The notes: generated by a model not told the origin, from the letters alone. Positions 48,767-61,713 are shown, counted from the stretch's first letter. The stretch: DNA of 64,000 nucleotides from Camelus dromedarius (GCF_036321535.1 NC_087436.1:86616001-86680000), one strand, 5' to 3'. Program-made: numbers and translations.

Positions 48767-51489
48767 AAAGAAATGGAAAAGGTAGAATGCTGGGCAAACT
48801 CAGTGAAGCAATCTCAAGCTTGGATTTTATTTATGAGATACTCATAACACACACCAGGCTGGAGGGATTAAATTAAATTCCCTTCAAAAGTTGAGACTCA
48901 AATTTCCAACCAATCCTTGGCTGCGTTGGCCTTGTGCATCCACTCCATGAATCACACTTGCCTTACAAAGGAATTCCCAGACAACATGTCCTTTTGGTCA
49001 TGGTTTCTCCCACAGTACTGCACATTCTGGTTTTTTTCCTACATTATTTCAGGGAAAAGTTGTTACAGAGAAGCCACAACTGTTTTAAATTTGACCATCA
49101 TTACATCTGTGAGGCCTTAACCTCGACTTACTCAGCAGCAGCTCTAAGTGTCAGACCCCAGGGTTAGAGGAGTGTGACCCAAGATGTAAGAGAAACCCTA
49201 AGGAGACAGAAGCTTCAAATATGGGGCAATTTTGCCTTATTTAGCAACTTAGTACTACTTAATTTTTCTCTGCTGTCAGTTTAAGTTTTTTGAGTGCCGT
49301 GACTAGAATGACTATGAAAAAGACAGCTTTGTGGAACTGTCTGGTGTCATACTGAAAATAATAGAACCAAGAAATACGGACTAAAGAATTGAGACCCTAA
49401 AGGGGGAGAAAGACATCTCAACATCCCAGAAATGGGAGGTTCAGCATATAGCTACCCAATATTTAATCTGAGAATGATTTCTGCTGAGAGTTATGTCGAT
49501 TTTGAGATATTCTCATCTGTCTGCCATTCCAAATCAGTGACTTTGTATTTAGGAGTTCAAATATATACAGTGAATAAATGCAGGAAGTAATGGTGGGTTT
49601 CAAATGTGAGGATCTCTGTTGTGCCTTTTTTCCTTAGCCGACTTCCCAGACTTGATACAGAAATTGAAATAATTCAGAGCCATTTGTGGAGGATGTGATA
49701 AGATGGGTTTTCATTAGTACCGGCATGTGTGATTCTTGTCCTTACATAAATTCATATTTAAATGAGAAGCTATTTCACCAAAGAACAACTGACAACCAGG
49801 TTCTTCAAACTTTTCAAAAGAATGTGATAGGTCTTTAGACAGAGCCAGAGATTAAATAAAGGACAACTCACGTTACCTGTATTTGTTGTAAATACGTGAT
49901 TCCAGCTCATGAGTCCTGTGGCAGAACTTTTGTGCCCTGGAGCCAGGAAGAACTGCCAATGAAGTAATACCTGATAGTTCTGTGTGTGTGTATGTGTGTG
50001 TATTTTTTTTAATAGATTAGCATAGCTAATATAAAATCAAATTCCTATTTAAACAAAATTTCATAGCATAGCATGGGAGTAAATTTAATGCACGTAGGAC
50101 TAAGCAGTACACAGATTTTAAAACATTCTTCTTGACCTGAATTCTTAAAGTCCACATGATTTTTATGCAGAGCTCCAAATTCCATGCAATCGTGATTAAA
50201 GCATGACTTGCAAAACTGTTCAGCTTTTCAACTCAGAATTTTATGAGCGAATCTCCTACACAGCAGTGCTGCAAATATCAGGGGAATCCTGAAACTTCAC
50301 TACCGTTCCCCAAATCGCATGTCCCCCACACACATGATTTTGTTTTGTTTTGTTTTACCATGAAACAGAATTAATCAGCGTAACTTCCAGATACCATAAA
50401 AGAAGAGATATCTGAAGGCTTGGGTCATTCTGCTGACTCAAGAACTAAATTCTCTTTTTGACCTTGTCACTGACATCTGTATGACCTCGTATAAGTCAGA
50501 CTGTCATCGTTAATTTCTTAGCTCTTAAAAGATATGCTTCTGGGAACAAAGGATAAATATGAGCTAAAGTCTAGTGGGAAAAATAGATCAAATTGCTGTC
50601 TCAAATCTCCCTACCCTCATCAAATCCTGAGGTCCTATTCAACACTTTTGCTTAAAGCCTCCTTAATTTCTTTTTCCTTGGCCAGACTCTGGTTGCCCCA
50701 TAGCTCACTGAAGTAGCTGTTGCCTCTCCAGCAGAAGATACTCACGATTACTTTTCAAAATGTGCCAGGCTCTATGCATGTCAGGCTCTAACGTCTCAAT
50801 GGTGAACAAATTGACAGACACCAGATTTGCTTTCACCAAGCTCATTTCATAGGGACCGTCAACTCAGAGTGCACTGTTAACTCACTCGGGAGTCATCATT
50901 CTGGAGCTCCCAACTTATTGCTCAGTGAGAGGTCTCTCTGTTTCTCAAAAGTTCTCTTGTTCCCTGAGAGGGAGCGTTAGGCAAGGGCTTCGTTACTATA
51001 CCTCGCTCTGCGGTATGTTGCTAGGTCAACAGGACTGGTCGATGACCTTGTCATTTTTCTAGCGTGTCAGTCGGTCACCCTGTTCTGATGCTTCCTGTTG
51101 TCAGGATTGCCATGCGGGCTCTGTGTGCCGCACGTGGTCTCAGCGCTAGGAAGCACGGCTGTGCTGTGTTTGGCAGCAGGTCTTGAGAACCTCATGTCAT
51201 CTTTTGATTAATCAGTACTAGTGAGGACAGACATCTATGGAGTTCTTGGCTCCGCAGGACACAGAGACCACCCCTGTGCACATGTGAAATATGTGAAATG
51301 GCAAAATGGGAACTCCACCAATGAGGTCTAGGGTGCAGCTGGTCCATCAAAAAAAAAAAAAAAAGTCCCTACCCTACTGGTCCAGACCAGGAGTCTTCTT
51401 CTGGGTCTAATTCTCATACACACACACTACTAACTTTGTTAGAGCGAGTTCATTATGTTTTTGAAGTGACTTGAAAACATATTAAATAT

Positions 51490-51855
51490 TGAAGAAACCA
51501 GGATGATTTGACCTGGAAAGGAGAAGAGCTAGGGGAGGGCAGTGAGAGTTATCTTCAAATAGCTCTGTCGCATGGAAATTGACTTGAGGTTGCCCTAGAG
51601 GGTGTGACTAGAACCAATGGGCAAGCAAGAGAATGGCAAAGTTCACCTCCACCTAAGGACAAACTTTCTAATTAGTGCTGTCTAAAAATGGCCTGCACTG
51701 CCTTGGGACACAGTGAGGTTACTGTCATTAGAGGCACTGAAGCATGAGCTGGGTGACAAATGGCAAGGATTTTGTAGGGGAATTGAAGTATGCGCTACAG
51801 GGGAAATGTTGGAGTAGATGATGTCTGACGTCTTGTCTGTGACTTCTGAGCTGTG
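51490..51855 (+). mobile_element. L3/CR1 LINE 3' fragment
   Basis: 'gacctggaaaggagaagagctagggg...tcttcaaata...actagaaccaatggg...aaactttcta...aaaatgg..ctgccttggga..gtgag...gtcattagagg' follows the CR1/L3 3' motif order. Confidence 0.7.
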
Positions 51856-52116
51856 TGGAGCCCATGCTCCATGGTTCCCCGGGGCTTTGTGAGTACAGAT
51901 GGGTGAACTGAGAATGATATTGGAGCCATTGCTGGAAGGGAAGCCAAAGTGGGGCAACCCCAAAATTGCAGGAAGAACCATCCCCACAAGTATACATTGA
52001 AAATTGGGTAAAGCCAGGCTGTCTCATGCTGGGATCCTTAGAAAAGAAACCAGTGGGGAATGCAGATGCAGGGGAATTTTTTTTTTTTTAAAGAAATGGT
52101 CATTAAGACATCTGAT

Positions 52117-52295
52117 TTTTTTTTCTTTTAATTGTTAAAAAATTTTAATGAAGTGTAGTTGATTTATAATGTTAGTTTCAGGTGTACAAGCAAAGCGATT
52201 CAGTTATACATAACACATATATATTTTCTTTTCAGATTCTTTTCCATTATATGTTATTACAAGAAATTGAATACAGTTCCATGTGCTATATAGGA
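52117..52295 (-). mobile_element. Short L1 3' end with 13-bp TSD
   Basis: 'gaagtgtagttgatttataatgttagtttcaggtgtaca...tacagttccatgtgctatatagg'. TSD TAAGAC(A/C)TCTGAT at 52104-52116 and 52296-52308. Confidence 0.88.
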
Positions 52296-54922
52296 TAAGA
52301 CCTCTGATGTTAATGCTGGAACACTAAGTAGAGACAAACTCTGTCAACAGCTTATATTATTATAAATCCAACTACAGCTCTTACTTATCTCTGTAACAAG
52401 AGGGCCACCCAGTCATGTGGGCCTATACCGTGTTATAAAGGGTGCTATGTACATGATCTGCCTGCTCTGAGCAGCACGATCTCGATGCCTGGCAATCAGG
52501 TTGGAGTTTCCATTTGCGGCGTTGATTGGGGTCCGTGTGGTGACTCTTTTTAACTTGACATTTTATGAAGCTAATATAAGTAACACAATGACTGAACCCA
52601 CATGAGTTGCAATTTACGAAACGTTGTATGTAAGCATGTGCGTGCATATAATTCAAAAGCAGCAAATGCTTGAATGCGTTTGCTTTAATTCCAGTCCTCA
52701 TTACAAATGAATAGGTGGAGCCTTTGGCTAGGTGAGGTTCACACCGTGAAGTACAGGCACGCTGTCAACTCTCGCTCTGCCCTAGTTATTACTGGCTAAT
52801 TAGCCACCATGTGGACTGTGCAACGCTGGGTCAGTACAAAGATCCCTCTCTGTTCCAAGGTACAGCTCTGCAAAATGCCTCTCCTGACCCACTGTGCGGT
52901 GGCATCTTTTTATTTCCATCTCTTTTTTCTGTGAAGTTTCTGGTCTATGTTGCCTCCTGACAACATAAGCAGTTCTTATCAACCAGAGTAGATTTTGTAG
53001 AGAAAAGAGTCATTTCCAAGCTGAACATGATGGAAAAAGAAGCTTGCAGCACTCTGACTCATTCCAGCTGTAAGAGATGGGATTTTATGATTTTCAAGTG
53101 GGCTATGTATAAATGAGGCTGTTAGACTCTGGTTCCCTCTAGACATCTGTTTACTCCCATCATGTGCACATCAGTGGCAGTTTTGAGTCAAATCTCAAAA
53201 GAGCAGAGAAAAAGTCATTAAACAAAACAAAACCAAGCCTTTCCATGAGAAATCTTACTTAGTTTTAACCCTCTGGTTTTCTCTGAATATTAGATGTTTC
53301 CTATTTTTGCAGCTAGAAGTAATTGATCTCACCTCAGGGAACCCCTCATGTATTGTTACCCTTTTCTCTTTCCTGGCACCTGCTTCTTCCTGTCCCTGAA
53401 GTAGGACAGCCTCCGTGAGGGCAAGAGACATGTTCCCAAGGCTGGCCTGGGGAAGGTACCCGTCAGCCCTGGGGACCGAATGTGTGTGGATGGAGAAGGC
53501 TGCTAAGTCCACAGGGGAGAACTCGGAGGCCATCAGAATGGAGACAAGGGAGTTAATGCTTTGGCTCTTAGAAGAGTAAGAATACCGTGCAGCAATTAGG
53601 CTATGCAACTTGTAACCACTAGATACAGAATGTGTCTAGGTCAAAATTTAGAATGTTTGAAAAGAAGGGGAAACCTCAAATCTGGTACTTGAGATGGGAA
53701 CAATTGTTAAACCATCCTTTGCCAAAATTGCTACATCTCAAGAGACGCAAGAGAGGCTATGTGATCTGCGTTGCGTAGCGTGCCCTTCCTTTGAGTGCTT
53801 GTTATCCGCCACCCCCGTCTTCCTGGCACAGATGACGTGGGAATGAAATAAACAAGTTCCTGCCACTCTATCCTTCATTCAGTCTTTGTGACCCCCACCC
53901 CCTTCTCACACTCACTCCACATTCACACCAGATTCACACTGGTGGAAAGAAAGTCTATCCGGTGCTAAGAGCTGTTTCTCGACACTGAATCCAGCTGCTT
54001 CTGAGAGTTAGAGCCAGGACAAACACCGCAGCCCATTTTCCACCTTCAACTTCAAACACTAGGAAAGAAAGAGCATCAAACAGAGTCTCCCTGAGAGCAA
54101 TTTATAAGGTGGCAGTCAGAGCGGGGGATCCAGCCTTGCAGGGAATTTATTTCCAAGTAAATTGATACCGGGGTTATTTATTAGCGTGTTATTTCTGCCA
54201 GAGTTGGCATTTGAAAATCCAGTGAGAAATTCACACTGGAAAATGTGAATTAAACAGCTCTTCCAGACTGCTCCTTGGCATTTGGGATTTTGCCTAGCAA
54301 GTCAATTCACTATGTAAGTCTCAGGTTTTCTCAATTCTTACGAGGCACTTAGGCCAGCGGCTGTTGCTGGGCCAAGATGAACGCAGTACAACACGCAGAC
54401 CGACACAAACCCACCACTGAGATTGTTCACAACATCGGAGTTTCCCTGAAGATAAGGAGCAGATCTGGGCTCAGCAGTTGAAGTTTTGACTTGAATGTTC
54501 GCTGCTTCTTATCTTTAAGTAATTTTTGCTTTAGAAGGTTCCCAGAGATAACCTCATTTGGATAAGGGAGGCTTACGGTATAAAGAGACAGTTATTACAA
54601 AATACTCTTCCAAGAATTGTGTTTAGTTGGCTAATCCAATACTTCTTCATGTCAGCTCACTTCATTCTTGTGCCCTGGGCTTGTTATTTTCGTTCTGACA
54701 CAGGCTTCATATATGATGAGAAACACCAGAGAATTCAGGATAGGCAAACTAACAGGAAGGGATGTGAGTACTGACGGGTGAGCAGAAGGCTTCATGCGAA
54801 GGAGAGAGTGAATGAAGGACTTAAACTTTCTTTGGGGGTCCTGTTTGGTAGGATTTTTTAAACTCAGGTGAAATGAATCAACTCTCCTGGGCCACCATCT
54901 ACCATAATGTTTACAATAGACA

Positions 54923-55540
54923 TTTTTTCTTCTTTTTTTTTTAATTGAAGTATAGTCAGTTTACAATGTTGTGTCAATTTCTGGTGTACAGCACAATACT
55001 TCAGTCATATAGGAACATACATACATTTGTTTTCATATTCTTTTTCACCATAAGTTACTACAAGATATTGAATATATTTCTCTGTCCTATACAGTATAAA
55101 CTTGTTGTTTATCTATTTTTTATATATTAGTTAGTATCTGCAAATCTTGAGCTCCCAATTTATCCCTTCCCAACTCCTTCCCCCGTAACCATAAATCTGT
55201 CCTCTATGTCTGAGTCTGTTTCTGTTTTGTAAATAAGTTTGTCTTTTTTTGAGATTCCACATATAAGTGATGTCATATGATATTTTTCTTTTTCTTTCTG
55301 GCTTCACTTAGAATGACATTCTCCAGGTTCATCCATGTTGCTGCAAATGGCATTATTTTATTACTTTTTATGGTTGAGTAGTATTCCATTGTATAAATAT
55401 ACCACAACTTCTTTATCCTGTCATTTGTCAGTGTACATTTAGGTTGTTTCCATGTCTTGGCTATTGTCAGTGCTGCTATGAACATTGGGGAGCATGTGTC
55501 TTTGCAAATCAAGGTTCCCTCTAAATATATTACCCAGGAT
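54923..55540 (-). mobile_element. 5'-truncated L1 3' end
   Basis: ORF2 C-terminal peptide CSPMFIAALTIAKTWKQPKC...KKLWYIYTMEYYS...MPFAATWMNLENVILSE. T-rich tail at left. Confidence 0.9.
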
Positions 55541-56897
55541 GCTCTTTAGCAGCCAGTTTTAAAACTTCATCTAATTTACAACCACCCAACTGATGACCAG
55601 CAGAGAAAAGATGTTTATTCATATAAGGATGTAAAGTCATGAAAGCTGGGGCTGGACAACTGTGGGGATCTGATTTCATTGGTGGGGTTCTAATTGCTTA
55701 AGGTTTTAAAAGAAGAGAATGAGAGTGAGTTCTGTGCTGTGGGAAAGAAGACGCAGAGAGACAGGGAGTAAATATCTCCTCTCCCATTGTCTGAGCTCAT
55801 GGAGAAGAGCATGGGCTGTCCATGGCCTCCTTTCATGACCTGACTTGTCCATGGTCTGACGACCATGCCTGTAAAGGCAGACGTCCATCTGTGCTCTGAT
55901 GCTGAGTGGTCAGGAGATGGGATGTCGAGGGGAACCCCCAGAACTTATTTCTCTCTTCTGTGCCTTCCTTGTCCCCACACCTAATCTTTCTGGTTTCTAA
56001 GCAAATCTAGCAATGCCTCATGCACGGTCAGCTTTTCCTACAGTGATGTGGAGGTCAGTGAGCTAGTTCATCCTGGGCCATCAGAGAGCCTTGTTATGTA
56101 TCATGTTTCCCACGTCCCAAGTCTAGTCTATCTGGTCTGCAGATCTGGAACCTCAGGAGTCAGCAGGTTTGGAATAGTGACCCACACTCTCAGACACAAG
56201 TGAAACTCATCTGTGGCAGAAAGCCAATCAGTAAATTTACAGTATGGAATGAACCTCCCTAATAAACAGCACATTTGCTATTTGGGAAAGCTCTATCCAA
56301 GTGGCAGGGTACATAGCAGAGAGGACTAGTCATCAGAATTAGTGCTGGTCACATAAAAAAGGATCAAGGCAAAGGTCTTTAATCAAGCCGTGTTATATAA
56401 CCTGCCATCATCCTTAGATTTCTGATGCCCAGATGTTTGAAACTGTCAGAAGCAGGATTTCTCTTCCTGCAGTGGTTGTATTGCTGCCAAGAACTCCCTT
56501 TCTTCTCCTTCACTGTTGCCCTTTGGTCTGGGGTTTAGACGGGGCTACTACCTTACCCTGCACACTCTGTTCTAGCTGGAAAGCCCTTCATCCATGGCTT
56601 GTGTACGATGGAGCCGTTCATTAAAAATGGCAATGTCGGACAGTGTCTTTTCAAAGACTGTTGAGTGAGTCAAACCTTCCAAAGTGATATTTATGACCTG
56701 ATTTAAGGATAAAGGAAATACCTCTCAAGTTCTTGCCAAATTACAAAATGGGCACAGCCATGGAAAATACAGAAATCACCTCCCCCCACCACCAAAAAAA
56801 AAAAAAGTAAAACCAAACCCACATGTTGGTGAGCCCATGGTGCTGGATGCTGTGGATGGGAGCTCAGAGTGGCTAACGCCGGCGTCTTATCACGCAG

Positions 56898-57032
56898 GCC
56901 AGTGAAAGGCGCGTTCACCTCGTCGTGTCCCGCCAGGTTCGGCAGCAGAGTCCTGACATCTTTCAGGAAGCCAGCTGGAACAGCAACGGCAGCCGGTCCC
57001 CAGAGCCAGGGGACAGGAGCAACTCTCCCAAG
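56898..57032 (+). CDS. LNX1: LNX1 internal coding exon (135 nt, phase 0-0), end of PDZ2 plus linker
   Basis: Acceptor cacgcag|GCC with CTAAC branch point at 56873-56877 and donor AAG|gtgagg. Translates [45 protein letters not shown]. Confidence 0.95.
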
Positions 57033-58587
57033 GTGAGGCCCAGCCAGGGCATGTCCACTGCTCCAGGAGGGAGCTGTGTGGGAAGGCTGCACACTTGAAT
57101 GTTTCTAAGTGTACTCTCTGGACTACATCACGTCAACACTGTTTGACTTGTCTTGTAAAACTCAGAGCCCCAAATCCCATCTTCAAGACCTAGTGAGATA
57201 GCAGGTGTCTCCCATCCAAGCAGGAGAGAGGAAGGTGCAGGAGAGTTTTGAAACCTGATCTTGAAACCAGACCTCATACGGGGACCTAATTTCTAGTCGA
57301 AGCCAAATGGATGTCATGTTTTTTTCCAACAGTCATTTTGTTTAAGGACTGCTTCCATTCACTTTCAGATGAAACAAGAGGTTTACTTGGTTTATGGTTT
57401 TTGAAGTTCCCAGTCTGCCTGAAAATTAAAGGGATGAGTCCCCTGCTATTTTTAGTATGTTTGTGTTTTCAAGAAAGACCCAGGAAGATCATAAAAACAC
57501 TTGATGTTCATGTAACATTAGGAAGTGGTAGGGGTTGGGACAGACCAGAGAGCACACGTCCTGTCTTACGGCATTAAACTCCAGGAAAAAACAAAACAAA
57601 ACAAAACAAAAAACACCGTGGATGAAGCTGAGTGCATCTCTAGGCAGAATACCTCCTTCAGGCCAGTAATTTGTAGCCTGCCTTTAAATGTGGTGACTCA
57701 GCCCAATTTGCACTTCTGTGGTTTTTATTAGAGGCAATGCCATAACCTCTCCATATGGATGGGTATCTGAGCTACACAAACCTTGTCTAGTTCAAATTCA
57801 GCGTCCTACAGCCTTGGCTTGGCATCCTGTTATGATGGAAGTGAGTTTCTAGCCATCATTTCTCCTGGGATCTGCTTTCACTAAATCACTTACAACTGAA
57901 ATCTTATAGATAGTTCGTCCGTCTTGCAACAGAGACTACAGAATGCCTGCATCCCACATCAGGCTCTGTTTCAGCTTGGAATAGCTCAACGAGTTTGAGT
58001 TTTTGAGCAACATATGCAAAAATGTACTCAAAATTTTGCTTTTGGAATATCTCTGCTTTATATGCTGTTAATTACACAGCCTATAAGGCTATATTGCCTC
58101 TCCTTTCACCAGCCAGGCAGCCAGCCATCCCCCATAAATCCATAAACTCCAGGTTTACTTACAATAAGCAATCTACACAAACCAAGTACCTCCTGCTAAA
58201 ACTTTGTATGGATAAAGGACTCCTTGGTGTCTTCTTGCTAATAAATACCATTAATGGTGTTTAAATTAAACTAATGGTATTTATTAATGGAAAACTAGTT
58301 TATTAGCTTAATTAAAGGTTTAATCTAATTATAGTTGAATTAACTAGACCATATTTTTTTCTAGTTCATTGAACCACTAAGAATGAGGCTTCCACCAGCA
58401 CTGTGGTTTTATAATCCCTTCCACTAACCATCATGAATCATGGAAATAGCCAGACTGATCTGATCACATTTTTGCTGCAAACTTCTGTCGTGTGTCCAAT
58501 TCCTGGAAAACATACATAACAAACTGGCCTAGAGGGAACTTGTGATTATTTTCATTTTAATTTATAGTTCTATCTGCCTTCTGAAAT

Positions 58588-58590
<3 letters not shown>

Positions 58591-58642
<52 letters not shown>
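58591..58642. repeat. (CA)26 perfect microsatellite
   Basis: 52-nt uninterrupted CA run. Confidence 0.97.
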
Positions 58643-58644
<2 letters not shown>

Positions 58645-60329
58645 GGCATATTTAAAATTAAACTAAGACATACAAACACTTGGTGATTTAGTTTTTTATG
58701 ATCCTACTATAGTTTTATTTAGGGAACAGCATTGCTTCTTGAAAGTAGGAGCGTAAATGATTCAAAGAAATACCAAAGAAGGCAAACCCAGATTTGCAAA
58801 ACAGAGAAGTTTTTAGCCAGTTGAAAAGTTAAAGAATGCTAGGCATCAAATTTAGGAGTGTGGCACCCCTGTGGGAGAGGAAAGGGGATGTGGCCGGAGA
58901 GAAATCACAGCAGGGCTTCAGCTGTGTGCAGAACATATATTCCTGATGCAGGTTGCAAGGTACACAGGTAGGTCATTATGTTCATCTTTATACTTTTATT
59001 ATATATCTGAAATGTTTTGTTTTAAAAATCCAAAGCAAATATTCCATTATGTATTTTTAATAGCTGAATGATGAGTACACAGGTGATACTTTTTAATCAA
59101 TTCGAACTATGTCATAAAAAATTACACTTTTAAACATAAGGGAATGTCCTGAGGTCTCTACAGTAGGGAAGGGGGTGGGGAGAAAACACAGATGGAAAAG
59201 ATCTCTGTCATACGTAAGTGCTCTCTGCAACCAAAGTGAGGCAACTGTGGGTGTGAGTCGTTTACAGGGGAACTTCGGTTTTTGCGTTCCTAGCGTGGGT
59301 CTCTCCCCGGTGGGGAAGGCAATGGCTGTCGGAGACACAGGGCACATGGACCACTTCTTACTTGCGTTAGTCCAGTTGTTCGTGTTGAGCCGGTGTGAGC
59401 TCCCCGGAACATCCCTTTGCTCAGTGCAGCAAGGCTGTTGGGTAAGCACTGAGGACGTGTGAAAGAAGACTCTGCCCTCCAGGATCTTGTATCTAAAAGT
59501 GTAAATAATGCACAATGCAGCCAGGAGGATGCAGGTTTCTGCATTCAAATCTTAGATGTCATCTATTTTGTTTGACAGCATTCAATTTGGTTTGAGTTCT
59601 CTAGTAAGTGAGAGAAATTCTTTCTGGAATAATTGGGTACTTAATTCTTTCATGTGTGTTTTTCTGACAATTATCTGAAACTCGATAGATGAATTTCTAT
59701 CACGTGTTTGAATGGTACCTCTAAAAGCAGAGTGATGCATGGGGGGAGAGCAAGGACTTACGGCCGGATAGCCTACATTTCAGTTTATCTCCTGAGGGTT
59801 GTGTTTCATTGATCAGATTTCTTAAAATGGTGAGCCTCTGTTTGCCCTTCCTGACACATTGAAGTAGACAACAAATAGTATTTCTTTCCTTGTCCTAAAG
59901 GAGTGTCTGGCCAATCTGTGCATTATTCAAGCAATATTTATTCACAACAAAATAATTAAAGCGTCTCACTAATAATTCCTGTTAACTGGAGTAGCAGGAG
60001 AGAAGCCAATACAACTTCTGGGATATTTCATTAGCTATGTAATTTTGCTACTTTGAAATGAATTTGATAGCACATTTTTTAACCAAAATATTCTTAGATC
60101 AAAGTCATATCTTCCATCTAATTGCTTTTTTTTTTTTTTTAGCCACAGGTTTGTAGAACGTGGGCATTCTTACCCATTTCATAGATGAAGTCAGAGAGGG
60201 CTTGAGTGATTACAGTGTTAGAGAATCTCATATGCTTATTGCCATCAGAAACCCAAATAATGATAAATGATGTTCAAACTTTGTACTAGAAAGGCAATTA
60301 AATTATTGGAAACTTTTTTACCTGAGTAA

Positions 60330-60720
60330 ACATAAAAATTGATTAAACCCAATTTTGGCAGAATTATGGGAAATTTGCATTTTCATGATGTATTAGTGAG
60401 ATTATAAATGATAGAGCTGTTACAAAGGTAATTTATCAATATCAAAATGTTAAATGCTCAGGCTCTTTGATTTAGCAGTTGTACTTCTAGGGCATGAGCC
60501 TAAAGAAATATTTACACCAGTGCACAAGATGTATGTCTAAGGATGTGCACAGTGACACTGTTTAATTTTGCAAAAGACTGTTTAAAAAAAAAAAAACCCA
60601 AGTGGTCATTAATGGTGAATATGACATATTTACACAATAAAGTACTAGGCAGCTGTTCAAGAGATAAAGCGTATGTATGTATTTATTTGCATGAAAAAGA
60701 TGTCCTTGTTGTCCAGAGTA
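60330..60720 (+). mobile_element. Ancient L1ME-type fragment
   Basis: 'ctctttgatttagcagttgtacttctagggcatgagcctaaagaaata...aaggatgtgcacagtgacactgtttaattttgcaaaagactg' is a degenerate L1 ORF2 3' segment. Confidence 0.65.
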
Positions 60721-61016
60721 TTCCATGCTGTGTTTAAAACAACACCTTGAGAGATTGACCACTTACCCCTACAATACCCCAGGCCCCCACCTGGAAATGA
60801 TGGAGTTAAGCCCTTTGTGAGGACCAGGGGTAAATGCTTTATGAATATTCGCAGGAATGAGCTGATGCAGTGGGGCAGCCGGGGGAGTCTCTGGGTTTAG
60901 AGCTTTGCCCTGAGTTTCAGAACTGCCTGCATCTCCAAGCCAGGATCTTCTGAGAGATGATTATAGTTAAAGGAAGAGACATCCTCAATCTAGCTGCTTT
61001 TAAGAAAGGAAAAGTC

Positions 61017-61198
61017 GGGGGAGGGTATAGTTCAGTGGTAGAGCGTGTGTTTAGCATGCACGAGGTCCTGGGTTCAATCCCCAGTATCTACATATATTAA
61101 TATATATGTATGTGTATATATACATACATATATATTTATATAAATAAATACCTAATTACTCCCCCCCAAATAAATAAATACTAATTACCAGTCCCAAA
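61017..61198 (+). mobile_element. Camelid-type tRNA-derived SINE with internal AT expansion and duplicated tail module
   Basis: GGGGGAGGGTATAGTTCAGTGGTAGAGCGTGTGTTTAGCATGCACGAGGTCCTGGGTTCAATCCCCAG. Tail TAAATAAATAC(C)TAATTAC occurs twice. Imperfect TSD aagaaaggaaaagtc / aagagaaggacaagtc. Confidence 0.9.
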
Positions 61199-61639
61199 AA
61201 GAGAAGGACAAGTCATATATGGAGGACAGATCTTAAGATCCCCTCCAAATCTACTCCTTGGCCTTGACCAGAATGCGGGGAGCTCTGTGCTCATGCTGTT
61301 AAACTACTTACTTGTCTTGTCTTGGAACTTATCTCTGATTTCAGTTTTACAACCCTCATCTGATAACCAGTCTCTGCAGGGCACTTCAAAGGTCCAAGGT
61401 TTATATAAACACAACTCAGACCTTACAAGTATTCATTGTAACATATACCTTGCTATACTTATTTTTAATTTCCAATGTATTATTCTATTACTATCATAAA
61501 CAATTTGGGGCAATTTGCAGTTTATCCATCCATTTATTCAACAAACATGTACTTACGTGTTAAATGCTATGTTCAGTGCTGGGGGTACAGTAACAGGGCA
61601 TTACTGTATACAATAAGGCCATTAAAACAGGCATGGGTA

Positions 61640-61713
61640 TGTATGACTGAAACATGATGCTGTACGCCAGAAATTGACACATTGTAAAAGTGACTATACT
61701 TCAATTAAAAAAT
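61640..61713 (+). mobile_element. Extremely 5'-truncated L1 (about 74 bp) with exact 12-bp TSD
   Basis: 'tgtatgactgaaacatgatgctgtacgccagaaattgacac...gactatacttcaattaaaaaa' is homologous to 32170-32245. TSD CAGGCATGGGTA at 61628-61639 and 61714-61725. Confidence 0.88.

Noticed and set aside
56703..57092. 129-aa minus-strand ORF overlapping an LNX1 exon; possible antisense gene
   Set aside because: Antisense shadow of a GC-rich coding exon. Human has annotated LNX1 antisense lncRNAs, but I cannot locate or support an orthologue from sequence alone.
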